Shown here piece after piece: positions 45,165 to 56,722 of a stretch of DNA of 64,000 nt (position 1 is the first letter of the stretch; every line of letters begins with the position of its first letter). Source of the stretch: Caecitellus pseudoparvulus (Eukaryota > Protista > Bigyra: Bicosoecida). A model generated the notes under the pieces. It worked only from the letters and a program-made list of their open reading frames with translations. It was not told where the DNA came from and made no database searches. Location: positions 310,001-374,000 of the forward strand of contig CBFFRQ010000031.1 of assembly GCA_965644315.1 (NCBI GenBank), written 5' to 3'. The translations under genes were made by a program, and so were the position numbers.

Positions 45165-46320
45165 ATGGAGTTCCTGAACCAGATCAAGCAGCATGAGCTG
45201 TACCAGCAGTTCGATGCGTGGGCTGTGGAGACTGGGGAGCAGATCCTGACCCTGGCCAACCCTGACCTGCCCGCTGCCCAGCGTGCCACGGCTGGCTGGC
45301 CCATGACTGACTTCCGGGAGATGCTCGCATGGGTGGTGGTGTACGGCCTCATCGTCTTCGTCGGCTTGCTGCTGTACAAGAAGCCCAAGAAGGCCGCCAA
45401 GCGGGGCCCCATGCCCTGGAGTGAAGTGTTTGCCAGCTTCCAGTCTGAGCCCATCAAGATCCTGCAGGCTGTGTACAACTTGGTGCAGGTACGGCCGCCT
45501 GCCGCTCACCGCGGAAATTGCAATCCCTGCAGGCTTTCCGACCCCGCACCCTGCTCCCTCACGTCGCAGGTGGTGCTGTGCGGGTGGATGGTGTTCGCTG
45601 CTGCCAAGGTGAGTCGTGCTCTTTACCCCCCTCGTGGCGGCGGCGAGGCGTGCGGCGCCTGTGTGCGCGGCGGCAGCCACTGCCACCGTTGCGCCGCCTG
45701 GCTTTGCAGCTGGCTGGCGTGCCTTCCGCAGAAGCCGCAGGGACAGCACTGCCGCCGCCCCCTCCGCCCACGCACAGGCCGCCATCGACCAAGACTACAA
45801 CCTGGTGTGCAACACCTTCAAGCCTGAGGGCAGTGACGTCACCTTCGTCCTGTACGTGTTCTACCTGAGCAAGATCCTGGACTTCTTCGACACGCTGTTC
45901 ATGGTGCTGCGCGGCAAGTGGGCGCAGTTCTCCTTCCTGCACATCTACCACCACTTCTCCATCTTCTTCGTGTACTGGGTCAACGCCAACGTCGGCTACG
46001 ACGGCGACATCTACTACACCATCATCGCCAACGGCTTCATCCACTGCGTCATGTACTTCTACTACCTGCAGACGACCTTCGGCGCCAAGCCCTGGTGGGC
46101 CAAGCACCTCACCAGCCTGCAGCTGCTGCAGTTCGTCACCATGATGAGCCAGGCCGTGTACATGCTGACGCGCCCCAACGTCGGCTGCGGCTTCCCCCGC
46201 AACGTCATCACCTTCTACTTCTTCTACATCCTCTCCCTCTTCCTGCTCTTCGCCCAGTTCTTCGTGCGCCGCTACATGCAGGGTGACTCCAAGGGCAAGA
46301 ACAAGGTCAAGAAGCAGTGA
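45165..46320 (+). CDS. ELO-family fatty acid elongase, PUFA-elongase type (3 exons)
   Basis: YNLVQ, FYLSKILDFFDT, QFSFLHIYHH, NGFIHCVMYFYY, TSLQLLQF, Lys-rich C-terminus. Confidence 0.93.
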
Positions 46321-46486
46321 GGTGCCCTGCACCCCACACTCTCCTCCGGCAATGCATGCGAGTGACCGAGGCTGGACGGCACAGTGGCCTCCCGCTGCCA
46401 ACTTCTAAACCACAGACCGGCCCACCCCACGCCCAGCCCTGCCCAACCTTTGCACGTTCTGCGACTCTTCACAGCTCCGCCACGCC

Positions 46487-46825
46487 ATGGCATCCACAGA
46501 TGCAGCAGTGCGTGGCGACGGGGTGCTGCACGTTTCAACGGCGTTTCAACCCTCTCCCCGCCCCCTTGCGCAGACCCCTGCACCCAGGAAGCAGATCAAG
46601 GAAGTGCTGCCCTCCAATGGACTCGTGCACTCTGAACGGGGGCCGCTGTCAGAGGTGCTGTGCAAGCCAAAGATCATGCCGCTCAAGAGCATGACGCTGG
46701 AGAAGATCGAGAAGTTGGAGGCGGTTGCCAGGACCGCAGCGGCAGCAGGCACAGGCCGGGGCATCGCCACAGCCGTCGCAAGCGCCACTAAGCGCCAGTC
46801 CACTGCTGTGGGCGCCGGGAGATAG
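46487..46825 (+). CDS. BBIP1: BBSome-interacting protein 1 (BBIP10/BBS18)
   Basis: IKEVLPSNGLVHSE...EVLCKPKIMPLKSMTLEKIEKLE; probable in-frame 66-nt intron 46508-46573. Confidence 0.85.
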   Translation: MASTDAAVRGDGVLHVSTAFQPSPRPLAQTPAPRKQIKEVLPSNGLVHSERGPLSEVLCKPKIMPLKSMTLEKIEKLEAVARTAAAAGTGRGIATAVASATKRQSTAVGAGR

Positions 46826-46854
46826 CCCCTGCGGCTCCCAGTCTGCCCTGGCCT

Positions 46855-46864
46855 GAATGCATTG
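46855..46864. terminator. Candidate bidirectional 3'-end signal GAATGCATTG
   Basis: Lies in the 40-bp gap between convergent BBIP1 and photolyase. Confidence 0.5.
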
Positions 46865-46865
46865 T

Positions 46866-49455
46866 CTAGCTCGTCTTCCGCACCTTCAGCGACAGGCGCA
46901 CACCACCACCACTGCCTGCTTGCGCTGGAGCTGGCGCCTCGTCATCCTCGTCGTCGGTCTCATCCAAGGCTGTCGACGCGCTCTGCCGCAGCTTCAGCGT
47001 CACCCTGCCCGCTGCGGCAGCTGCCGCCTGCACGGCCCCCGCCACATCCTCCCCCGAGTCACTGTCCGAGCCGTCCTTGGGCGTCAGGCGGCGCTTGCGA
47101 GACTTGCGATCCGGCTTCACGCCCGTGCCCCGCTCGCGCACGGCCGCCTCCTCCTCAGGCAGCGCCCCCAGCCCCAGCGTGGCGGATTCGCTGAGCACTG
47201 CGGGGGGCGGACACCGCTCGTCAGGCGGCAAGGCCAGGTGTGCGAAGGTCAGGGAGCGCACGGGGCCATGCTGCTGGACGTAGGCAGACACGGAGAACTT
47301 GGACGTGGCGCCGGCGCGGTTCATGTACCGCACCTTGCCAAAGATGGGCCGCTCACGCCAGCCCTGGTCGTGCACTCCACCGATGGCCCAGGCACAGCCC
47401 ACGTACCCGTTGGGGTCCCGGCCATCCAGGGAGTACCGGTCGTTCAGGTAGATGGCGATGCGCAGGGCCTCCTCGGGGGACGGCGTCCACTCCAGGATCT
47501 TCTTGGCCCAGTACATGCGCAGGTGGCCGTGCAGCTTGCCCGTGTGCACCAGCTCCATCTGAGCGGCGTTCCACAGGTCCTCGTGGGTGTCCCCCACTTC
47601 AAATGCCTGCAAGCTGTACACGTGCTCCCGCACGTCGCTGCGGTGCAGGTTCAGGGACTTCTGGGCCCACGTGGGAAACGCCTCAAACGAGTCGTACGTG
47701 CTGGGGTTGTAGTGCACAAAGTTCTCCGCCACCTCTCGCTGCACCACGAGCTCGTCCAGGAACACCTGCGCGCCCGTTGTGCGCTCGGCGACTTTGAGGC
47801 GGAACAGTGCGGAAATTGCCTCCTCCCTGTTCCGCCCCCCCCCTGCCACTGCCAGCGTCTCCAGCACCACCCGCTGCGCAGACAGCTGCCCGAAGTGCAG
47901 GTATGGACTGAGGCAGGACCGGGCGCTGGGGCGGTTGGGATCGCCACAGTGCTCCGCGTACGCAGCCAGTTTGTCGGCCAGGAAACGGCTCAAGGCATCG
48001 GCGGCTGCCCGCTCGCCAGGCAGTGCCCACGTGACCTCAGGCACAGACCAGTCGATGCGCAGTGCCGCAGCAGCAGCGGCCCAGTCCACGCGCCCAGTGA
48101 CACAGGCCGGGGGGGGGGGCGACCCCCCCTCCGCCTGCAAGGCCTCCCCTCCATCTGGCGTGGGCGGCGTGAGCCAAGGCGCCAAACCTGGTGTGACGGT
48201 GGTGCCGGTGGGGGGCACCGCTGGAATGCTCTGTGCCGCCGCAGACCCCCCCTCCCGCACAGCAGCCGCCGAGGGGAGGTCCGTCGCCCCAGACACCACA
48301 GCGCGGGGCACCTCCGCCTCTGCTTCCAGAGGCAGCGGGTGGGCGGTGTGTGGCTGCACGGCGGGGAAGTCCCCGCAGAACTCCAGCAGGGCGTTGTGCA
48401 GCTTGCGCCGGATGGTGCGGGCCGCCGTCTCGGGCTTGCTGCTGGCGCTGGACACGGGGACGAGGTTGTGGGCGTCCACCTCCTCGAACAGCACCTGGGG
48501 CGGCAGCGCCTCCGCCACGCTCTCCTTCCACGCGCGGGACGTGCGCAGGGGGGAGAAGTCCGTGACCAGGGCGCTGGCGCCAATGGCCGCCACGTATGTG
48601 GGCAGCATGGCGGGCGGGTCCCCCAGCAGCAGGCGGAAGGGGATGTGCAGGCGCGCCAGGTCCGCCTCCACCTGCTTCAGGCCCCGCAGCATGAAGCCGT
48701 ACTGCCGGCTGGTGGCGCCCAGGAACACCGGCGCCAGCGCGAACACGACCACCAGAGGCGCAGACTTCTTCATCGCCCGCCGCTGGGCGTGTACCAGGGC
48801 CCAGTTGTCCGCCACTCGCTGGTCCCGCTGCATCCAGTACACCACCGGCCCCTCCGCAGACTTCACGCCCTTCTTCAGGGTGGTGCTGCGAGAGCGCTTC
48901 AGAGGCACGCTGTCGTCGTACGTCCACGGCAGGGCCTCGTACAGGGACGAGCCAGGGGCGGGGCTCGTGGCCAGGCGGCGGTACAGCGCCTTGAAGGGCG
49001 TCTCCTTGGCCAGCGCTCGCCGGTGCTGCGCCTTCACCAAGCTGGTCTCCGAGAAGTACGAGATGACGTCCGTGGCCGCGCCACGGAGGGTGGCGTTGAG
49101 GTGCGGGTTGTTGCGAATGCGCCGGAACAGCAGCAGCAACTTGGAGCCCTGTGGCAGGTGGGTGTGGGGAGGATGTGTGTGTGGCGTGCCAGAGCGAGCC
49201 AAGCCAGAGCCGGCCAGCCCAACTGCAGCGCCACGCCAGCGCCTCACCTCCACGACAACCGATGGAATGCGGTTTGTGCGAAACCACCGCATGAGCTGCA
49301 GGGAGGCCCTGTCATCCTGTGTCGTGGCCGGTGTGCAAAGTGTGAGCGGCGCCCGGCTTGAGCATGGTGCACTGCCGCTGGCGCACCTCACTGCGCAGGG
49401 CCTTGTGCAGCTCCCTGAACTGCAGGCCCACTTCACGAAGCGTGACACAGGCCAT
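46866..49455 (-). CDS. PHR: Class II CPD photolyase with N- and C-terminal extensions (3 exons, about 806 aa)
   Basis: Exons 49455-49387, 49316-49248, 49148-46866; YWMQRDQRVADNWAL, LSPYLHFGQLSAQR, RMYWAKKILEW, DGRDPNGYVG, IFGKVRYMN. Confidence 0.93.
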
Positions 49456-50109
49456 GGTGTGAAGGTACACGCCTTGCTCGCCAGATGTCTCGCCAGCCTG
49501 CGTTCCACGTGCGAGCGGCAACGGTGGTGCTGGAAGACGTGAGGGAGAAACTGGGTCTGGCGCAGCCCAACAGCGCACAACACCGTTGCTTGCTCAGGCA
49601 TGCATTCACCAGCACTGCAACTGGCAACAGCACAACAGTGGTCCGGGCGCCTAGGTGTTGGCATTGTGACCAGCCGCCCTGCAGTGCCGGGGAGCCCCCA
49701 TCCCTCCGTAATGACCATCCCCCATGATCCATACAGTGACACAAGACAAATGTTAAAAGACAACCATGTTTCTGACTGATAAGTGCTTCACCATACTTTG
49801 TTTCCCACTTTGCGTCATGCAAGCATTTTGCATTGTACAAGCGTGCAACCAGGCCGGCACCCCTTGAGCTCAAGTTTGATGTGAAAGCCGCTTCTCGCTG
49901 GAGGACTGGACTCCCTCGCAAGGATTCCTTCGCCTGAGCAGTTGTGATAACGCTTGCAGCTATTCCAAGAACTTGTCCCATTCTATGTCCACGTGTTATC
50001 AGTCTGACTCCGTGTCGTCAGAGTGTGAAGCGTCTTCTGGGCTCGTACTACGAGCATGAGTGTTGTACGACTGACGTGCGCGGCACCAGAGAATGCAGCC
50101 TTGTGCAGG

Positions 50110-52724
50110 TTATGGGGAGGAGGGGGGACGCATGCCGCCCCAAGCACTGAGAGGAAGAGAGGCAGGCTGAGCTCTGCGGGGTCGTTGAAAGCGACGCGTG
50201 CCAAAGACAAGAGGTCTGACCTGATTAGCGGGAGGAGGGGAGGAGGCCCTGTCCATGTCGTCTAAGGGAACTTGAGGAGGAGCAGCGGTCGCAACTCTGT
50301 GGACCGGTTTAGCGGGAGGAGGGGAGGAGGCCCTGTCCATGTCGTCCAAGGGAACGGGAGGAGGGGCAGCGGTCGCAACTCTGTGGACCGGTTTAGCGGG
50401 AGGAGGGGAGGAGGCCCTGTCCATGTCGTCCAGGCGAGCGGGAAGACGGAACCGGGGACTAGCATCGCATCTTTCGGCAGCAGATAGCTTCTCACCTGCC
50501 AGGGGTGGCTCGATAGCCCGTGCAGACGACGCACTCTCTCGGAGCCTTGCCTCTGCTGCTTTTCTCTCCAAGACGGCACACCGCGCGCTTCGCAGCGCAA
50601 CTTGCGCAGCACTACCGCTCACCACCACAGTCTCGTCCGCCACACCTGCAGCCCCTGGCACACCATGCCGAGCTCTCAACAAACGACGTACCATGCCCGT
50701 ATTGCCACCAGTGTAAACCACCTCCACACTTGGTGTCCCGCCCAACAAACGATCTGACTCCACGTTCACCGCACGATCACCCTCATGACCAAACAGTTCG
50801 CTCACTACATTCACGTGCCCGTGCACACATGCGAGTCGGAACCCGGCTTCAGGTCCATCACCGTCCCCTGTCTGAACATCAACCGCTGCGTCCTTACTCA
50901 ACGCCAGCAACTCTTGCACACATGATGCGTCACCTGCCGCGCAGGGAGCAGTGAATGGAGGCACATTAGCTCCAACCTTTGCCGCTGACATTGCTGCAGT
51001 ACTGACCCCGCGCACAACTTCATCTGCAGCAGCAAGTTCACCGTCACCTGCTCCACCCTCAGCCTGGCACAGGGCCGCGTAAGCCTCCATGCAACACGTT
51101 CTGCCCCCTGCGTTGATTCGGTCCAGGACACTGTGCAAATCATCCGAACCTTCCTTGCCAATCAGCACAGACGCCCTGTCTGCCGACCCATCAGTCTCAA
51201 ACCCCAGGACCGTTCGGAGCACATCACCCACTCCACTTCCTGCCTGGTCGCTGCGAATCCACACACCCGAACACGCTCCAAGAAGCACCTGAAAAGAATC
51301 AGTCTCTATGGCAGCCGCCACACTGATGAGGCGGTCAGATGCAACGCCGACTAACACAAAACTCTCCATCTTAACACCACCAATCTCAACACCACATGCC
51401 TCTGCAACGGCACAGGTCCCTAAAACAGCCTTGCACAGCTTCTGGCGGACGTCCATCCTAACATCACCCCAAGCCTCGTCGAACACCACCTGACTTAGCG
51501 GCCAGCCAATTTCACACTGCACCTGCAGGATCACGCTGCTGTTGGAGCCCACCGGATCCTCACATGATGCGCCGACACAAGCATGAAGAAGCGCTGCCTT
51601 CCTCGCCGATTGAGCGAAGCGAGGCAGCCCCTGCGCCGACTGAACTCTCTCTCCCCGCTGCAAGGCAGCGACACTGTCAGCCAATGCCATAGCACCTGCG
51701 GCTACACTGCTGCTCCACTCCTCAACCTCCCCTCGCCCTGTGTCAAAGTCTGGCGTCAGCACTTGTCGAGCTTGCACCACAAGGTCTGTCCCGCTCTCGA
51801 AGCACTGCACTCCAGCCGGCACGTCAATGCCCGATACTGGCCGCAGCCGCCGAACACCCAAAACCTTCCGGCTCATCAGCATGCCCTTCAGTTGTTCCAC
51901 GGCAGCCGCGGCTGACTCCAAGTTCTCTGCGGCTGTGTCGCTCCCAAGATCATCAGCTGCCTCGCCCCGCAGCCACTCAGCCTGTTGCCGAATGGAAGCC
52001 AAGGCACCGTTCATGTCACTCGCCTGACTCGAAACAGCCGTATCTGTGGATACTAAGGCCTTTTCGCCACCTTCGTCTATATTATGCGCCTTGTGGCTGA
52101 TCCACCACCGCGTCAGGTCAGCGAGAGCACCCTCCAAACCGCCACCACCACGCACACCAAGCCACGCCTCCAGAATGCAGCCCCACATCGCATCCCCCTC
52201 TGGAACCGTATCCACGCCAACCCCTTCTGCCGCTTGTCGCAGCACATCCACCGCAGCAAAGCATCGGAACGACAAGAACTGCAGCGCGGCACACACCTCA
52301 AGTCTCTCCATCTGGCCTTTCAACAACCCTGCACGCTCCAACAGCGCACCACCAGCACCACGCAGCAGACGCCCCAGCTCAACTAGACTTGTAGCGCTGG
52401 GTGCAGCCTTGACACCAGGCGGCTCACCTCGGCCAATGGCCGCCAGCCCTCGCAGCGCACAGCCAGCCAGGGCAGCGCTGTCTGGCAGGCACTGCACCTT
52501 GCCCAGACACGCCAGCACTGCGTCGCCTCGAGCATCCGGTGCTGGAGGCTGGCTCCCTGAGCCCGTTTGTACCGCAGTTCCTTCCTGTGCGCGGGAGGGT
52601 GGAGGTGGGTGGCGGGCTCGTGCACGCTACTTCTGCGGGATCATCCGGCAAGCACTTGCGCTTGCAGTGCTCCAGGTTGTTCACTGCCTTGGCTGCGCGC
52701 TATGAGCACAGCAGTACGCACCAT
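50110..52724 (-). CDS. Pseudokinase-like plus ankyrin-repeat protein with Pro-rich tandem repeats
   Basis: ORF 52584-50110, preceded by an ATG-only exon (52724-52722) and a GTGCGT...CACAG intron 52721-52585; ankyrin-like FRLACVHGHVNVVSELF; degenerate kinase catalytic-loop region. Confidence 0.55.
50225..50432. repeat. 84-bp tandem repeat, about 2.5 copies, coding (LDDMDRASSPPPAKPVHRVATAAPPPVP)
   Basis: Unit TTAGCGGGAGGAGGGGAGGAGGCCCTGTCCATGTCGTC... starts at 50225, 50309 and 50393. Confidence 0.95.
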
Positions 52725-53443
52725 GGCACAGGGTCACGATTTCCCTGTCAGGGTTGGAGTGGGAAGTCACCTGTGGGGCTGTGACACAGTCGCCTCTGCG
52801 ACGATAGCAGCTGTCCAGAGTTCAAGCAGCAGACACCAGCGCAAAGTGTGTCTTGCGTTGCGCACTTGCCCTTCAAGCAATGTTCCTGCAATAGCTTACG
52901 GTTTTCTGGGACACACGCTGCCATGTTGAAATTGGTGCATGAGGATTTCTTCATAGTCTCTTGTCGTGCCGCATCCACAGTGTGCTGTTCCCCAAAGAAC
53001 TTCCCTTCTCCAATGCGACGGCAAACAAGCCGTGAACAGCCGATTGACAATCTTTATGAGGTGATAAGACCAGGGATTGTTTCCCTGCATGTGTGCTCTG
53101 AAGCATATGGGCACGGCTCAAGTGAGATCTTGATCTGTCACCCAGCAGCGCCACGATCGCCGCCTGTTGCCCTGTGTCAACGCCTCCAAATGCAAAATGA
53201 TCCAATCAGGACGACAGGACTTGTGTGACTTCACTGCCTCGATGAAGGCTTCGGCCTATTCACCAGCCTCCGCCCCTTCTTTCAGTGTGGTCTTTGCGGA
53301 AGCTCATGACCAAGCACAGAGAGTGGTCTGCCCCACATCACAAAGATAACACACAAACAGGCCAGAAAAAGGGTTTGGATTCACTCTTGCGCTCATTCTG
53401 GGGTGCGCCCTCCTGGAGAGGAGCTACCAAACTCCCCCCATCC

Positions 53444-55776
53444 TCAGTACAGGCTGCCTGCCACTGACGACGCGTAAGCGTGGCTCACGGCCACTGCCTG
53501 CTCCACGATGGCCCTCGTCGTGGCAGCTGCCAGCCAGCCCTTCATCTCTGCCGCTGGCAGGCCGCGCAGCTGCTCCACCAGCGCCACGGTGCGGTGCAAG
53601 TCCCCGGCCGCCCACGCCTCCTCCGCCTGCTGCAGGAGGGCCAGGGAGGTGGCTGTGCTTTCCCCAGGGGGCGGCAGGGCCTGCCGCGCACGGCTGAGGA
53701 ACTCCCCTGCCTCGGACACGAAGCCCTCCGGCAGGGCCCCCGCCACTGCCTCTGACACGCCGCTGCGCACAGACTGGGCGGTGGAGGAGACAGCGGACAG
53801 CGCTGACTGGCGGGCTGAGGCGACATGAGCGCCGACAGCCTGCCCCGTGGAGGTGGACGCCACGGACTCGATGGCGCCCTGCACTGTGGAGGACACGGCC
53901 GCCACGCCGCCTCGAGGGGCTGACGCGGCGTCCTTGCCTGCTGCCAGCACGTCCGCGGCGGGGGTGGCGGGGGTGGGCACGGGGCTGAGCAGCAGCGCCG
54001 CTGTGGCGCGCCCAATCCAGCGCGACAGCACGCCACCTGCAGCGGGGGTCAGGGCGGCAACACGGGCTTCCGCGAGGGCAGCCTTGAACTTGTTGTCCAG
54101 CGCGAAGCGTGTGGGCGCACCCCGCCGCCCGAAGACGTGGGGGGGGATGGCATCCAGCGCGGCGGCCACACCCGGCTCCTCCGCCACTGCCACACGCATG
54201 GCGGCCACCTCGTCAGTGAGGGGCGCGCCCTTGTCCAGCGCTGCAGACAGCGCCAGGGCCGAGAGGGTGATGGAGTGCACGCGCCTGGCTGTGGTCTCAT
54301 ACTCCTGCCGGGTGCCGACGACGGTGGACACGCCCTCCACCTTGGCGCGCAGCTCGTCCAGGGCCTCCACGCGGGCAGCAGCGGCTGCTGCGCGCGCGGC
54401 GGCCTCCTTCTGCACCGCCTGGGACAGCTGCGTCGTCACCTGCATGCGGATATCGGCCTCCAGGCGGGCGGCCTCCGCCTGCAGGATGCGGGAGTTCTCC
54501 TCGGCCACCTGCTGCTGGAAGGCCTGCTTGGCGGCCTGCACGTCTGCCTGGAAGGCGCTGGTCTGCGCCGCGGAGAACTCCTCGAAGCGCCCTTGCCAGT
54601 GGGCGTTGTACTCGCTCATGAACTCCAGGATGCGCGCAGCCTCCACCTTGTTGCGCTGCAGGAGCTGGGCGCTCAGGTTCAGCACGCGGGAGCGCAGGGC
54701 GGCCTCGTCCATGCCCTCCACCTCCATGGCGATGGACGTGTTCAGGTCGTCCTTGAGGGCGGCAGAGAGCCACTTGGACGCCAGTGCCTGCGGAAAGGGG
54801 GAGGGAGTGGGTGTGCGCCGTGCTCCGCGCAGACTCTGGCTGAGGCACGCACGGAAGACGACATCTCTGCGTTGAACTCCTTGGCACGGGACTTGGCGCT
54901 CTGCACAATATCCTCCAGCGACTTCAGCTTGGCTGGCGCCGCCTCGGGCGCAGGGGCAGGGGCTGCGGCAGCGCTATCCTCGCCCTCGCCCTCCTGAGCG
55001 GAACTAGCGCTGTCACCCTCGCCGTCGTCCTGAGCTGCTGCAGCAGCGGGGGCTGGGGAAGGGGTGGGAGCTGGGGCTGGAGCAGGTGCTTCCTTGGCCT
55101 TGGCTGCCGCCTCCGCCGCTTTGCTGGCCTGCTCCGTGGCCTTGCGGGCTTCCTCGTGCTGCACTGCACCAGCCATGAGCAGCGCCCCCTTCACATGGTT
55201 GCCCTCCTGGGCCAGCTTGGCAGCCTGGGCTTTCGCGTGCGCAGCAGCCTGCTCCTGTTTGCGCTTCGCTGCAGGGTCCTCCTGTGGCTTGTCGTCCTGG
55301 GCCTTCTTCGTGGCTGCCGCGGGAGCAGGCGCTGGCGCTGGCGCAGCCGTTGCCCGGGACAGCAGACTCTGCACCTTCTCCTCCAGCGGCGTCAACTGCT
55401 TCTCAATGCCCAGGTCCCGGCGGAAAAAGTAGGCGGCAGACCCAGCGCCCACGCCCAGCAGCAGCACCGTGCCCAGGCCGCTGCCGCCACCGCCACTGGC
55501 CTTGCTGCTGCCTGCCCGTCCACCAGCCCCGACGACAGGCTGCGTGGTGGAGGCGCCTGGCTTGGCAGGCGGTGCCGGGGGTGTCGAGGGCACTGCCGCC
55601 TTGCCGGCAGCAGGAGGCGCTGCAGGCGGAGCGGGGGTAGCCTTCAGCGGTGTGGGGCTGGGGCTGGGAGCCGACACGATGGGCTTCACGCCAGCCTTGT
55701 TGGACTTCATGCGCCGGCTTTGAGCTCCATGCCGGGCGGCCCTGGCCGCCACCGCGGCCAGCTTGTGGGCGTGCAT
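53444..55776 (-). CDS. MIC60: MICOS subunit Mic60 / mitofilin (2 exons)
   Basis: Arg-rich presequence, single TM segment, long coiled coil, mitofilin C-terminus GDLHRTVALVEQLRGLPAAEMKGWLAAATTRAIVEQA; intron 54852-54788. Confidence 0.85.
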
Positions 55777-56083
55777 GGTGTGCAAGGTTGCCTAGCCCTC
55801 TTGCTGTGCCGAATGCAGTGTGGCTGCCTTGCCAGGAGTGCGGGGCGTGGATTGTGTGGGCACGGGATGAGTGTGCTGGGAGCCAGCGTATTTCCGCAGA
55901 GGCACAGCGGCAGTCGCAGTCCGGGTCAGCTGCTACATTCACACAATCCGTCTGCGCATAAAATATCAGGCAGTGGGTGTCGCATTGACTTCAACTGTAA
56001 GGGATTCGGCCCCGCCCCACCCACGCACATATCTCTCAGGGCCAAGTTCTCCGTCCGAGCAACTTCCGCACCGTGCGCCCGAC

Positions 56084-56722
56084 ATGGCGGGCAGCAAGCT
56101 CACAGCCAACGTGCTGAAGCTGGTGACGTACCCGAATCCCGTCCTGCGTCACAAGTGCAGCCACGTGGCAGCAGAGGACATCGCCAGCCGCCACATCCAG
56201 CAGCTGGTGGCGGACATGCTGGCCACCGTGCGGCACGAAGATGGCCTGGGCCTGGCAGCTCCGCAAGTGGGCGCCACCGACCGCGTCTTCGTCATGCGCA
56301 CGCCCATCAAAGCGCGTCGGGGATCACGGGGGCGCATGATTGCCCGGGGCGCTGCGCCACAGTACCACGCCCTCATCAACCCCACCATCCGGCGTGCCCA
56401 CCCCAGCACCGCCGTGTGGCCGGAGGGCTGCCTGTCCCTGCCTGACTACAGCGCCCTCGTGCGGCGCAAGGCCCGCATCGAGGTGGCGTACTTCACCCCC
56501 GAAGGCGAAGCCGTGTGGGACCAGCTGCAGGGCCTGTCCGCCGCCATCTTCCAGCATGAATTGGACCACCTGGACGGGCTGCTGATCACGGACAGGGAGC
56601 TGCCGGGCAGCGGCGAGGCTGATGAGTTGGACGGCGCGTGGCAGGCCGCCGAGGCGCGCATGGCCAACGCCTTGGCGAAGGAGTTCGGGGATGACCCCTG
56701 GGGGCACCGCGCGGGCACGTGA
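56084..56722 (+). CDS. PDF: Peptide deformylase
   Basis: GLGLAAPQVG, EGCLS and QHELDHLDG motifs. Confidence 0.95.
   Translation: MAGSKLTANVLKLVTYPNPVLRHKCSHVAAEDIASRHIQQLVADMLATVRHEDGLGLAAPQVGATDRVFVMRTPIKARRGSRGRMIARGAAPQYHALINPTIRRAHPSTAVWPEGCLSLPDYSALVRRKARIEVAYFTPEGEAVWDQLQGLSAAIFQHELDHLDGLLITDRELPGSGEADELDGAWQAAEARMANALAKEFGDDPWGHRAGT

Noticed and set aside
50225-50432. 38-bp repeats with 46-bp intervals resembling a mini CRISPR array
   Set aside because: The intervals are near-identical to each other, the period is 84 bp (28 codons) inside an ORF, the context is eukaryotic and there are no cas genes
52725-53400. Stop-interrupted frames as possible readthrough, selenocysteine or alternative code
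   Set aside because: TAA, TAG and TGA all terminate conserved genes elsewhere in the window; the fragments change frame and look decayed or noncoding
19846-55897. GCGGAAAT/ATTTCCGC as a shared promoter motif
   Set aside because: It also occurs in introns and coding regions; enrichment cannot be supported by eye
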